Below, in pieces: positions 56,440-64,000 of a DNA stretch of 64,000 nt. The translations under genes were made by a program, and so were the position numbers. Within the stretch, counting starts at the first letter, position 1. The number at the start of each line of letters is the position of its first letter. A model generated the notes under the pieces. That model saw only the letters and a program-made list of their open reading frames with translations, was not told where the DNA came from and ran no database searches. This stretch comes from an uncultured Chloroflexia bacterium (GTDB lineage Bacteria; Chloroflexota; Limnocylindria; Limnocylindrales; CSP1-4). The stretch covers positions 1,698,493 through 1,762,492 of the forward strand of contig CAVSHH010000003.1 of the NCBI GenBank assembly GCA_963727585.1, given 5' to 3'.

Positions 56440-59118
56440 CTAGGCGGTCAGGGGGTCCGGCGCCTCGGGATCCAGCCCCAGCTCCTCGATCGCCTTGGCA
56501 GCCCGGTCGGGATCCCAGCTCCCGCACCGGACCAGCCCGGCCAGCGCGGCCGCGGCGATGTTGGGCGGGTCGATCTCGAAATGGGCGCGCAGCGCCTCGC
56601 GGGTGTCGCTCCGGCCGTAGCCGTCCGTTCCGAGCGTGATGTAGGGCTGTGGCGCCCACGGTGCCACGAGGTCGGGCAGCGCCTTCATCCAATCCGTGGC
56701 CACGATCACCGGGCCCCCGTCGGGGCCGAGGACCTGGCCGACGTAGGGCACCCGCGGCTCCTTGTCGGGGTTGAGGCGGTTCCGTCGCTCCACGCCGAGG
56801 GCCTCCTGGCGCAACTGCTGGAACGACGTGGCCGAGTAGACCTCGGCGCCGATCGCGAACCGCTCGGCGAGCAGGTCGCGGGCGGCGAGCACCTGCTGGA
56901 GGATCGAGCCCGAGCCCACCAGGCGGACGCGGCCCCTGGGGTCGTCGAGCGCGGGCGCCGCCGAGAACCGGTAGATGCCGCGAACGATCCCCTCGGCCAC
57001 GCCGTCGGGCTGCGCCGGTTGCGGGTAGTTCTCGTTGTAGACGGTGACGTAGTAGAAGACGTCCTCGCCGTCGCCGTACATCCGCTGGACCCCATCGCGC
57101 ACCACGGTCGCCAGCTCGTACGCGAAGGCCGGGTCGTAGGCGCGGACGACGGGGACCGTTGAGGCCAGCACGTGGGTGTGCCCATCGTCGTGCTGGAGGC
57201 CCTCGCCGGCCAGCGTGGTCCGGCCGGCCGTGGCGCCGATCATGAACCCGCGGCCGCGCTGGTCGCCGAGCGCCCAGGCCTGGTCACCGGTCCGCTGGAA
57301 CCCGAACATCGAGTAGAACATGTAGAACGGGATCATCGGTTCCCCGTGCGTCGCATACGACGTCGAGGCTGCCTGGAGCGAGGCCATCGAACCCGCCTCG
57401 TTGATCCCCTCCTCGAGCACCTGGCCGTCGATCGCCTCGCGGTACGAGAGCACCAGGTCGGAGTCGACCGGCTCGTAGCGCTGGCCGTGGGCGGCGTAGA
57501 TGCCGACCTCCTTGAACAGCGGATCGAGGCCGAAGGTGCGTGCCTCGTCGGGAACGATGGGCACGATCCGGCTGCCGATCCCGGGGTCGCGGATCAGGTT
57601 GCGAAGGATCCGGGTGAACACCATGGTCGTCGACACCGCCGTGGTGCTCCCGGCGGCGAACTCCTGGTCCACCTGCGGCCCGGGAGGCGGCAGCGGCGAG
57701 GAGCGCACCACGCGGCGCGGCACCGACCCGCCGAGCGAGGCCCGGCGCTCGATCATGTACTCGACCTCCTCGGAGCTCGAGCCAGGGTGGAAGTAGGGGT
57801 ACTCCTGGAGCTCCTCGTCGCGGATGGGCAGCTCGAGGCGGTCGCGGAAGACGCGCAGCTCGTCCTCCCGCATCTTCTTGGCCTGGTGGGTGACGTTCCG
57901 GGATTCGATCCCCTTGCCCAGGGTCCAGCCCTTCACCGTCTTGGCCAGGATGACCGTCGGCGCCCCGGCGTACTCGGTGGCAGCCTTGTAGGCCGCGTAC
58001 ACCTTGCGGTAGTCGTGGCCGCCGCGCCGCAGGTGCTCGATGTCGCTGTCGGAGAGATGCTCCGCCAGCTTGCGCAGGCGGGGGTCGGGACCGAAGAAGT
58101 GCTCGCGGACGTAGAGGCCCGTCGAGGTCGAGTACTTCTGGAACTCGCCGTCGACGGTGCTGTTCATCTTCTCGACCAGCACCCCGTCGACATCGCGCGC
58201 CAGCAGCTCGTCCCATTCCCGGCCCCAGATGACCTTGATCACGTTCCAGCCGGCGCCCCGGAACAGGCCCTCCAGCTCCTGGATCACCTTGCCGTTGCCG
58301 CGAACCGGTCCGTCCAGTCGCTGCAGGTTGCAGTTGATGACGAAGGTCAGGTTGTCCAGGCCCTCGCGGGCAGCCAGGCTGATCCCGCTGATCGACTCCG
58401 GCTCGTCCATCTCGCCGTCGCCCAGGTACGCCCACACGCGCTGCTGGCCGGTGTCGGTGATCCCGCGACTGTGGAGGTACCGGTTGAAGCGCGCCTGGTA
58501 GACCGCCGCCAATGGGCCGAGACCCATCGACACCGTGGGAAACTCCCAGAAGTCGGGCATCAGCCGGGGATGCGGGTAGGAGCTCAGGCCGCCGCTGCCG
58601 GTCTCGCGGCGGTAGCGGTCGAGATCGTCCTCGGTGAGGCGGCCCTCGAGGTAGGCCCGGGCGTAGATACCGGGCGCCGCGTGACCCTGGAAGAAGATCG
58701 AGTCGCCGCCGCCCGGGTGGTCCTTGCCGCGGAAGAAGTGGTTGAAGCCCACCTCGTACAGGGTCGCGGCGGAGGCGTAGGTGGACAGGTGGCCGCCGAT
58801 GCCCGGGAAGCGCGTGTTCGCCCGGAGCACCATGGCCACCGCGTTCCAGCGGATGAGCCGGCGGATCCGCCGCTCCAGCGCCTCGTCGCCGGGGAAGTAG
58901 AGCTCCTGCTCGGGGCTGATGGTGTTGATGTAGCGGGTCTGGGTGAGGCTGGGCACGCCGATCTGGCGCTGTCGGGCACGCTTGAGCAGCTTGTACAGCA
59001 GGAACCGGGCGCGGAGCTCGCCGGCCTGGTCCAGGACCTGGTCCAGCGAGGCCATCCACTCGCGGGTCTCGGCCTCGTCGATGTCGGGCAGCTGCTGCTT
59101 GAAGTCGTCGATGTACAT
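56440..59118 (-). CDS. aceE: Pyruvate dehydrogenase E1 component (homodimeric type).
   Basis: MYIDDFKQQLPDIDEAETREWMASL..., TPP motif GDGEMDEPES and overall length. Start at 59118 chosen inside the longer track ORF. Confidence 0.9.
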   Translation of the reverse strand: MYIDDFKQQLPDIDEAETREWMASLDQVLDQAGELRARFLLYKLLKRARQRQIGVPSLTQTRYINTISPEQELYFPGDEALERRIRRLIRWNAVAMVLRANTRFPGIGGHLSTYASAATLYEVGFNHFFRGKDHPGGGDSIFFQGHAAPGIYARAYLEGRLTEDDLDRYRRETGSGGLSSYPHPRLMPDFWEFPTVSMGLGPLAAVYQARFNRYLHSRGITDTGQQRVWAYLGDGEMDEPESISGISLAAREGLDNLTFVINCNLQRLDGPVRGNGKVIQELEGLFRGAGWNVIKVIWGREWDELLARDVDGVLVEKMNSTVDGEFQKYSTSTGLYVREHFFGPDPRLRKLAEHLSDSDIEHLRRGGHDYRKVYAAYKAATEYAGAPTVILAKTVKGWTLGKGIESRNVTHQAKKMREDELRVFRDRLELPIRDEELQEYPYFHPGSSSEEVEYMIERRASLGGSVPRRVVRSSPLPPPGPQVDQEFAAGSTTAVSTTMVFTRILRNLIRDPGIGSRIVPIVPDEARTFGLDPLFKEVGIYAAHGQRYEPVDSDLVLSYREAIDGQVLEEGINEAGSMASLQAASTSYATHGEPMIPFYMFYSMFGFQRTGDQAWALGDQRGRGFMIGATAGRTTLAGEGLQHDDGHTHVLASTVPVVRAYDPAFAYELATVVRDGVQRMYGDGEDVFYYVTVYNENYPQPAQPDGVAEGIVRGIYRFSAAPALDDPRGRVRLVGSGSILQQVLAARDLLAERFAIGAEVYSATSFQQLRQEALGVERRNRLNPDKEPRVPYVGQVLGPDGGPVIVATDWMKALPDLVAPWAPQPYITLGTDGYGRSDTREALRAHFEIDPPNIAAAALAGLVRCGSWDPDRAAKAIEELGLDPEAPDPLTA

Positions 59119-59721
59119 CGGGGCTCCGTGGACGCCGGCGATCGCCTCGCCGCGGGAGTCATCAGGGTAGCCCCGATGCCCTGGGCCCGCCCTCGCCGGG
59201 CGAGGGCGCGAGGTCCCGCGGAGACCCCACCGGCGGCAGCCGATGGCGGCGGCCGGCCGCAACACCGACGGTGCAGGATCGCTGAACCTGTAACGCCCCT
59301 GTAGCGGTTCTGCAATGCCGGGCCAGCATCGCCGCACCCCTGTGCCTGACAGGCTGCGGACATGAGCTTCGATACACGACCCGATCTCGACGACGTCCTC
59401 TCCGGGAACGGCCTCTCCGGGAACCGCCGCACCGGCCTGCTGATCGGGCTGGGCGCGGTGGCCCTGGTCCTGCTGGTCACCGGGCTCCTGCTGGCGCTCG
59501 GGCCCGGCCGGTCCGCCCTTCGCCGCGACGAGCCCGACGGGCTCGATCTGGACGACGTGGACGACGCTGTGCACGGGGCCGATCCCGGCATCGGGGCGTC
59601 CTGAGGGCCGTGCGGATCTGACTGACAGGCCGGTACCGAAACCGGTCCCGGCAACGCCGGGCGGTCCGTCCCGCGCGCGAGATCTCCACTCGGCGCACAC
59701 TCTGCATCGGAGGAAGAGCCC

Positions 59722-60495
59722 GTGAGCACCCAACCCCTGGTCCTGGTCGCGGACGACGAGCCGCGGATCACCAAGCTCGTCTCGATCGCGCTGTCCGAGG
59801 AAGGGTTCCGGGTCGTGACCGCCAACGGCGGCGAGGACGCCCTCGCCAAGGCCGAAGAGGTCCGCCCGGACATCGTCCTGCTGGACATCGTCATGCCCGA
59901 CCTCGATGGGATCGAGGTCATGCGTCAGCTTCGCGAGCGACGGCCCGTGCCCGTCATCCTGTTGACCGCCAAGGGCTCAACCGCCGACAAGGCCAAGGGC
60001 CTCGATCTGGGCGCCGACGACTACATCGCCAAGCCGTTCCACCCCGACGAGCTGGCTGCGCGTGTGCGGGCCGTCATCCGCCGCGCCTCCGGTGCCCAGC
60101 CGGGCGCCGGCGTCATCGCGTTCGATGACATCGAGATCGACCTCGAGCGGCGCATGGTGACCCGCGACGGCGAGCTCGTCCAGCTGTCTCGCACGGAGTG
60201 GCTGCTCCTCCAGCACCTCGCCGCCAATGCGGGCAAGGTCGTCCTCCACACCGAGCTGCTGACCAAGGTCTGGGGCCCGGAGTACCGGGACGATCTCCAG
60301 TACCTGCGCGTCTGGGTCTCCCGTGTCCGGCGCAAGCTGGGCGCCAAGCCGGGCGAGGCCGGGAGGATCCGAACCTTCCAGGGCATCGGCTACCTGCTCG
60401 ACGTCGAGGGTGACGCCACACAGCCGGCCTCGGGCTCGATGCACGAGGACGAGGTGCCCGTGGGAACCGTCGCGGAGCGGGCACCGATCGGCTAG
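59722..60495 (+). CDS. OmpR/PhoB-family response regulator (KdpE-like), orphan.
   Basis: Receiver domain (VADDEPRI...LLDIVMPDLDG...LTAKG) and winged-helix output domain (LQYLRVWVSRVRRKLG...GIGYLL). GGAGGAAG RBS, then GTG. Confidence 0.85.
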   Translation: MSTQPLVLVADDEPRITKLVSIALSEEGFRVVTANGGEDALAKAEEVRPDIVLLDIVMPDLDGIEVMRQLRERRPVPVILLTAKGSTADKAKGLDLGADDYIAKPFHPDELAARVRAVIRRASGAQPGAGVIAFDDIEIDLERRMVTRDGELVQLSRTEWLLLQHLAANAGKVVLHTELLTKVWGPEYRDDLQYLRVWVSRVRRKLGAKPGEAGRIRTFQGIGYLLDVEGDATQPASGSMHEDEVPVGTVAERAPIG

Positions 60496-60556
60496 GTGCA
60501 GGCGCGCGGCCGGCGTCGCAGCGCCTGGAGCGATCCCGAACCTGGCCGGCGCGCCC

Positions 60557-60646
60557 GGAACGTGCCGGCCCGGGAGGTGCCCGGTCGGAACGTGCCGGCC
60601 CGGGAGGTGCCCGGTCGGAACGTGCCGGCCCGGCGGGTCGGTGGCG
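60557..60646. repeat. 30-bp tandem repeat (ggaacgtgccggcccgggaggtgcccggtc): two perfect copies plus one diverged copy.
   Basis: Read directly. Confidence 0.9.
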
Positions 60647-60652
60647 AGCCCT

Positions 60653-60738
60653 CCCGGTCGTGAGCCCGTCCCGCTCGCGAGACCCATCCCGCTCGGTCGT
60701 GCGCCCCATCCCGGTCGTGAGCCCGTCCCGCTCGCGAG
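60653..60738. repeat. Roughly 29-bp repeat (cccggtcgtgagcccgtcccgctcgcgag), two copies with a related spacer. Each copy carries the inverted motif CCYGTCCCGC.
   Basis: Read directly. Confidence 0.85.
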
Positions 60739-60898
60739 CCCCAACTGTCCCGCACAGCGGGTGTACCGGCGCATGCTGCGCCATATGGCTCGCCCAGCGG
60801 GACAACCGGCCCGTCATGGCCTCCGCGGCGGCGCAATGACCCCGCGCCGCGGGTCATTCGTCGCACGCTGCGCCCATACACCCGCTGGGCGGGACAGG
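60737..60898. repeat. Imperfect inverted repeats of about 35 bp (tgtcccgc.cagcgggtgta...) flanking a roughly 85-bp core that holds a near-perfect 24-bp palindrome (aatgaccccgcgccgcgggtcatt). MITE-like or large hairpin element.
   Basis: IR-L near 60737-60775 and IR-R near 60862-60898, compared by reverse complement by eye. Confidence 0.55.
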
Positions 60899-61007
60899 CG
60901 TCGGCGGGCGATCCGCGGGCAAGGCCGGGCGGCGGGACAGGCGTCGGCGGGCGATCCGCGGGCAAGGCCGGGCGGCGGGAGGCGATCCGCGGGCAAGGCC
61001 GGGCGGC
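60891..61007. repeat. 43-bp tandem repeat (gggacaggcgtcggcgggcgatccgcgggcaaggccgggcggc): two perfect copies plus a 31-bp partial copy.
   Basis: Read directly. Confidence 0.9.
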
Positions 61008-61168
61008 GGGACTGGCCGGGAAGATCCGCGCGGGACAGGACCGGCGATCCCGGCGGAGGCGGTGGCGACCGGGCTCGCGGCACCGGCATCGGTTGCGGGC
61101 CGAAAGACCACGGCGACTCGAACCCGATCACCCGCGACGAATGCGGGCGGGCGCGGTAGCGTAGGCAC

Positions 61169-61774
61169 ATGCTGCGCTACCGCCCGGGCGTCGCCCTCGT
61201 GGTCGTCGACGTCCAGAACGACTTCGCCGATCCGACCGGTTCGCTGTCGGTGCGCGGTGCCCCGGACATCATCCCGACGATCAACCGCGAGCTGGCACTG
61301 GCGCGGCAGAACGGAGCGCTCGTGGTCATGACCCAGGACTGGCATCCGCCCAGCACGCCGCACTTTGCCAAGGACGGCGGCCCGTGGCCCGTCCACTGTG
61401 TAGCGGGATCCTGGGGCGCCGAACTCTACCCGGGACTGGATGTCCCCGCGGGCACCACGATCATTCGCAAGGGCACCAACGGCGAGGACGGGTACTCGGG
61501 ATTCACCATGCGCGATCCCCGCACCGGCGCGGACGGCCCGACGATGCTGGTCCCATTGCTCGAGGCGGCCGACACCAGGGATGTCGTGGTCGTCGGCCTC
61601 GCCACCGACTACTGCGTGAAGGCGACGGCGCTCGATGCGGCCAGGCGCGATTACCGGACGACCGTCCTGACGGATTGCGTGGCTGCGGTCGAGCTTGCGG
61701 CGGGGGATGGCGCCCGCGCGCTCGACGAGCTGTCCGACGCCGGCGTGCTCGTCCAGTCGGGCCAGGTGCGCTGA
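61169..61774 (+). CDS. Isochorismatase-family hydrolase (nicotinamidase/pyrazinamidase-like).
   Basis: ALVVVDVQNDF, DYCVKAT (catalytic Cys). Confidence 0.75.
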   Translation: MLRYRPGVALVVVDVQNDFADPTGSLSVRGAPDIIPTINRELALARQNGALVVMTQDWHPPSTPHFAKDGGPWPVHCVAGSWGAELYPGLDVPAGTTIIRKGTNGEDGYSGFTMRDPRTGADGPTMLVPLLEAADTRDVVVVGLATDYCVKATALDAARRDYRTTVLTDCVAAVELAAGDGARALDELSDAGVLVQSGQVR

Positions 61775-61776
61775 CG

Positions 61777-62322
61777 ATGCCGTCCCTGCGCCCCATCCTC
61801 GCGCTGGCCGTCATCGGCCTGCCGGCCGCCGTGGTCGCCGATCGCATCCTGGCCGCTCGCCGGGGCGCACGGCGGGTGGCACCGATGCGGATGCTGGTCG
61901 TCGTCGACTCCCCCATCGAGCGCACGTGGGAGGTGCTGTCCGACATCCCGCGCCAGCCCGCGTGGATGACCGAGATGAAGTCGGTCCGGCTGCTCACCCC
62001 GGGGCCGGTGGCCGTTGGCACCCGGGGCGAGGCGACGGTGCGAATCCTGGGCATCGCGGTGCGCGACACGGTGACGGTCACCGCATTCGAGGCCCCGATC
62101 CGGTTCGCGGTCCGCCATGAAGGCCCGGTCGCCGGCGACGGTGAGCTGCGGCTGGAGGCGGGCGCCGACGAGACCACGACGATCGTCCGCTGGGACGAGA
62201 CGCTCGTGGCGCCGTTCCTTCCCGACCTTGCCGGTGCCGTCCTGCGCCCGATCCTGCAGGGAGTGTTCCAGGCCGACCTGCGACGACTTCGGTCGCTGGT
62301 CGAGGCCCCGGGCGTCGAATAG
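61777..62322 (+). CDS. SRPBCC (polyketide cyclase / START-like) family protein with N-terminal hydrophobic anchor.
   Basis: VVVDSPIERTWEVLSDIPRQPAWMTEMKSVRLL. ATG at 61777, 3 nt after the upstream stop. Confidence 0.6.
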   Translation: MPSLRPILALAVIGLPAAVVADRILAARRGARRVAPMRMLVVVDSPIERTWEVLSDIPRQPAWMTEMKSVRLLTPGPVAVGTRGEATVRILGIAVRDTVTVTAFEAPIRFAVRHEGPVAGDGELRLEAGADETTTIVRWDETLVAPFLPDLAGAVLRPILQGVFQADLRRLRSLVEAPGVE

Positions 62323-62345
62323 TCCGGATGGTCGAGTAGCCCTGG

Positions 62346-63239
62346 ATGCAGGTCCACCTGGTCGACGCGACCTACGAATTGTTCCGCGCCCACTTCTCGC
62401 CTCGCCCGCCGGTGCTCGGCCGGGAGGGTGTCGTGCTGAGCGGCGTCAGCGGGCTCGTGGAGCAGCTGCTGTTCCTGCTGCGCGAGCAGGGAGCGACCCA
62501 CGTCGGCTGCGCCACGGACCGCGTGATCCGCTCGTTCCGCAACGACCTCTACGACGGGTACAAGACCGACGCCGGCATGGACCCCGAGCTGCTCGCCCAG
62601 TTCCCGGTCGCCGAGGCCGCGATCGAGGCCCTCGGCGTGGTGCTGTGGCCGATGGTCGAGTTCGAGGCCGACGACGCGATCGCGGCGGCGGCCGACCGGT
62701 TCGCGAGGGACGAGCGCGTGGAGCGGATCCTCATCTGCACCCCGGACAAGGACATGGCCCAGTGCGTGCGGGATGCGCGGATCGTGCTCTGGGACCGTCG
62801 TCGCGACCTGGTCTACGACGAGGCGGGCGTGCGTGCAAAGTGGGGTGTCCCACCCTCGGCCGTGCCGGACCGGTTGGCGCTGGTGGGCGATGCCGCCGAT
62901 GGGTTCCCGGGGCTCCCCGGCTGGGGCGACAAGTCCGCGTCCGCGGTGCTCGCCCGGTACGGGTCGCTCGAGGCGGTCCCGGCACGGGTGGCCGACTGGG
63001 ACATTCCCGGCCTGCGCGGGGTCCCGACGCTCGCCGCCACGCTCCGCGAGCGTATGGAGGAGGCGCTCCTGTACCGGGACCTCGCCCGGCTGCGCACCAC
63101 CGCGGACGGCGTGCCGATCGGGCAGGACGACGTGGACCAGCTCCGCTGGGACGGGGTCGACCGCGACCGGTGGCACACCTTCTGCGATGACTGGGGCCTT
63201 GCGCGCCTGCGTGACCGCCCCCACCGGTGGCGCGCCTGA
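62346..63239 (+). CDS. 5'-3' exonuclease (FEN/PolI-like PIN plus H3TH domains), stand-alone.
   Basis: VHLVDATYELFRAHF, EADD, GDAADGFPGLPGWGDKSASAVLARYGSLEAV (H3TH). Confidence 0.75.
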   Translation: MQVHLVDATYELFRAHFSPRPPVLGREGVVLSGVSGLVEQLLFLLREQGATHVGCATDRVIRSFRNDLYDGYKTDAGMDPELLAQFPVAEAAIEALGVVLWPMVEFEADDAIAAAADRFARDERVERILICTPDKDMAQCVRDARIVLWDRRRDLVYDEAGVRAKWGVPPSAVPDRLALVGDAADGFPGLPGWGDKSASAVLARYGSLEAVPARVADWDIPGLRGVPTLAATLRERMEEALLYRDLARLRTTADGVPIGQDDVDQLRWDGVDRDRWHTFCDDWGLARLRDRPHRWRA

Positions 63240-63243
63240 GGGA

Positions 63244-64000
63244 TCAGCTGCCCGGGGCGCGCGACAGGCGGACGAGCTCCGGATGGTGCGACGGCGGGGC
63301 GGCGACCAGACCGAACGCCCGGGTCGGCCGGTCGAGCCCGAACCACGGGCCGCCGTCGGCGGCGGTGACCACGGCCCCCGCCCGCTCCGCGATCAGTCCG
63401 GCGGCCGCCACGTCCCAGGCGGACATCCCGGCCGACTGGAGGAATGCATCGAATCGGCCGTTGGCGACGTAGGCCAGGGCGAGCGCGGCCGAGCCCGTGT
63501 TCCGGGCGGCGCGCACGGCCTTGCGCACAGCGCGCGCCCGAGTGGTCACCGCCCGCCCGGACAGCGCGAGGGACACCACGTAGTCGCCAAGCAGGGGCTT
63601 TCGCGAGGCGTGGATCTCGCGGTCACCGAGCATCGCGGGCCCGCCGGCGGTCGCCCAGAAGGTCTCGGCCCGCATCGGGTCGCGGACCGCGCCCACCGCC
63701 GGACGGCCGTCGACCACGAGGGCGATCGAGACGCAGAAGTACGGGATCCCGTTGGCGTAGTTCACCGTGCCGTCCAGGGGGTCGACGATCCAGGTTCGCC
63801 CGCTCGCGAGCTCGCGCGGTTCCTCCCCGCTCCCGCCACCCTTCGCGCTGGGTGCGGCACCGTTGCCATGGTGGGCGCCGGACTCCTCGGCCAGGATGCC
63901 GTCGGTCGGATACCGGTCGCGAATCGCGCCCAGCACGAGGTCCTCGGACAGGTGGTCCACCTCGGTCACCACGTCCTTGGCGGACTTGTGGTCGATCGTC
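63244..64000 (-). CDS. Inositol monophosphatase family protein (SuhB/ImpA-like). The N-terminus lies beyond the window end.
   Basis: WIVDPLDGTVNYANGIP and the upstream DHKSAKDVVTEVD region. The ORF continues past 64000. Confidence 0.75.
   Translation of the reverse strand, partial: TIDHKSAKDVVTEVDHLSEDLVLGAIRDRYPTDGILAEESGAHHGNGAAPSAKGGGSGEEPRELASGRTWIVDPLDGTVNYANGIPYFCVSIALVVDGRPAVGAVRDPMRAETFWATAGGPAMLGDREIHASRKPLLGDYVVSLALSGRAVTTRARAVRKAVRAARNTGSAALALAYVANGRFDAFLQSAGMSAWDVAAAGLIAERAGAVVTAADGGPWFGLDRPTRAFGLVAAPPSHHPELVRLSRAPGS

Noticed and set aside
60550-61010. Possible CRISPR array, given several short direct repeats.
   Set aside because: Repeat units are directly adjacent, with no unique spacers of regular length between them. 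They fall into four unrelated families. No cas genes are nearby.
61100-61140. tRNA-like T-loop sequence (GGGTTCGAGTC on the minus strand).
   Set aside because: No matching acceptor-stem complementarity and no D-loop (TAGCTCAG-like) within about 75 nt. Judged a chance match.
59977-61159. ORFs 59977-60774 (minus), 60113-60817 (minus) and 60323-61159 (plus) as genes in the repeat region.
   Set aside because: Their translations consist of repeated peptide strings caused by the DNA tandem repeats (for example the RAPPGPARSD and PGRCPVGTCR repeats). They have no RBS and no coding-like composition.

Overview
High-GC (about 70%) actinobacterial-type chromosomal window with roughly 60 protein-coding genes, mostly housekeeping or accessory metabolism. 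No rRNA, tRNA, CRISPR, transposase or integrase was recognised. Main content, in order: a multiply frameshifted sortase / sorting-signal protein / DUF4012-like locus (1-2606, minus strand); an NlpC/P60 hydrolase; two class A PBP paralogs; thymidine kinase next to a cluster of four DnaA-box-like 9-mers; three ABC-2 exporter pairs, one with a NEW3-domain secreted protein; the DUF3090/SCO1664 conserved pair; a 1197-aa Cas4-like nuclease fused to an SF1 helicase, with a (GTGCCC)n microsatellite in its divergent promoter; two PQQ-dependent sugar dehydrogenase paralogs; a six-gene translationally coupled qcrCAB-ctaCD-ctaF respiratory operon without ctaE; a lower-GC structured 577-bp spacer before a CsbD-like stress gene; aceE; and a 675-bp intergenic region densely packed with tandem and inverted repeats built around a GCGGGACRGG motif. 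Many long ORFs in the six-frame track are antisense shadows typical of high-GC DNA and were not called. The ORF track writes M for GTG/TTG starts, and several starts were re-placed by reading the DNA. All homology statements come from motif recognition by eye, not from database searches.
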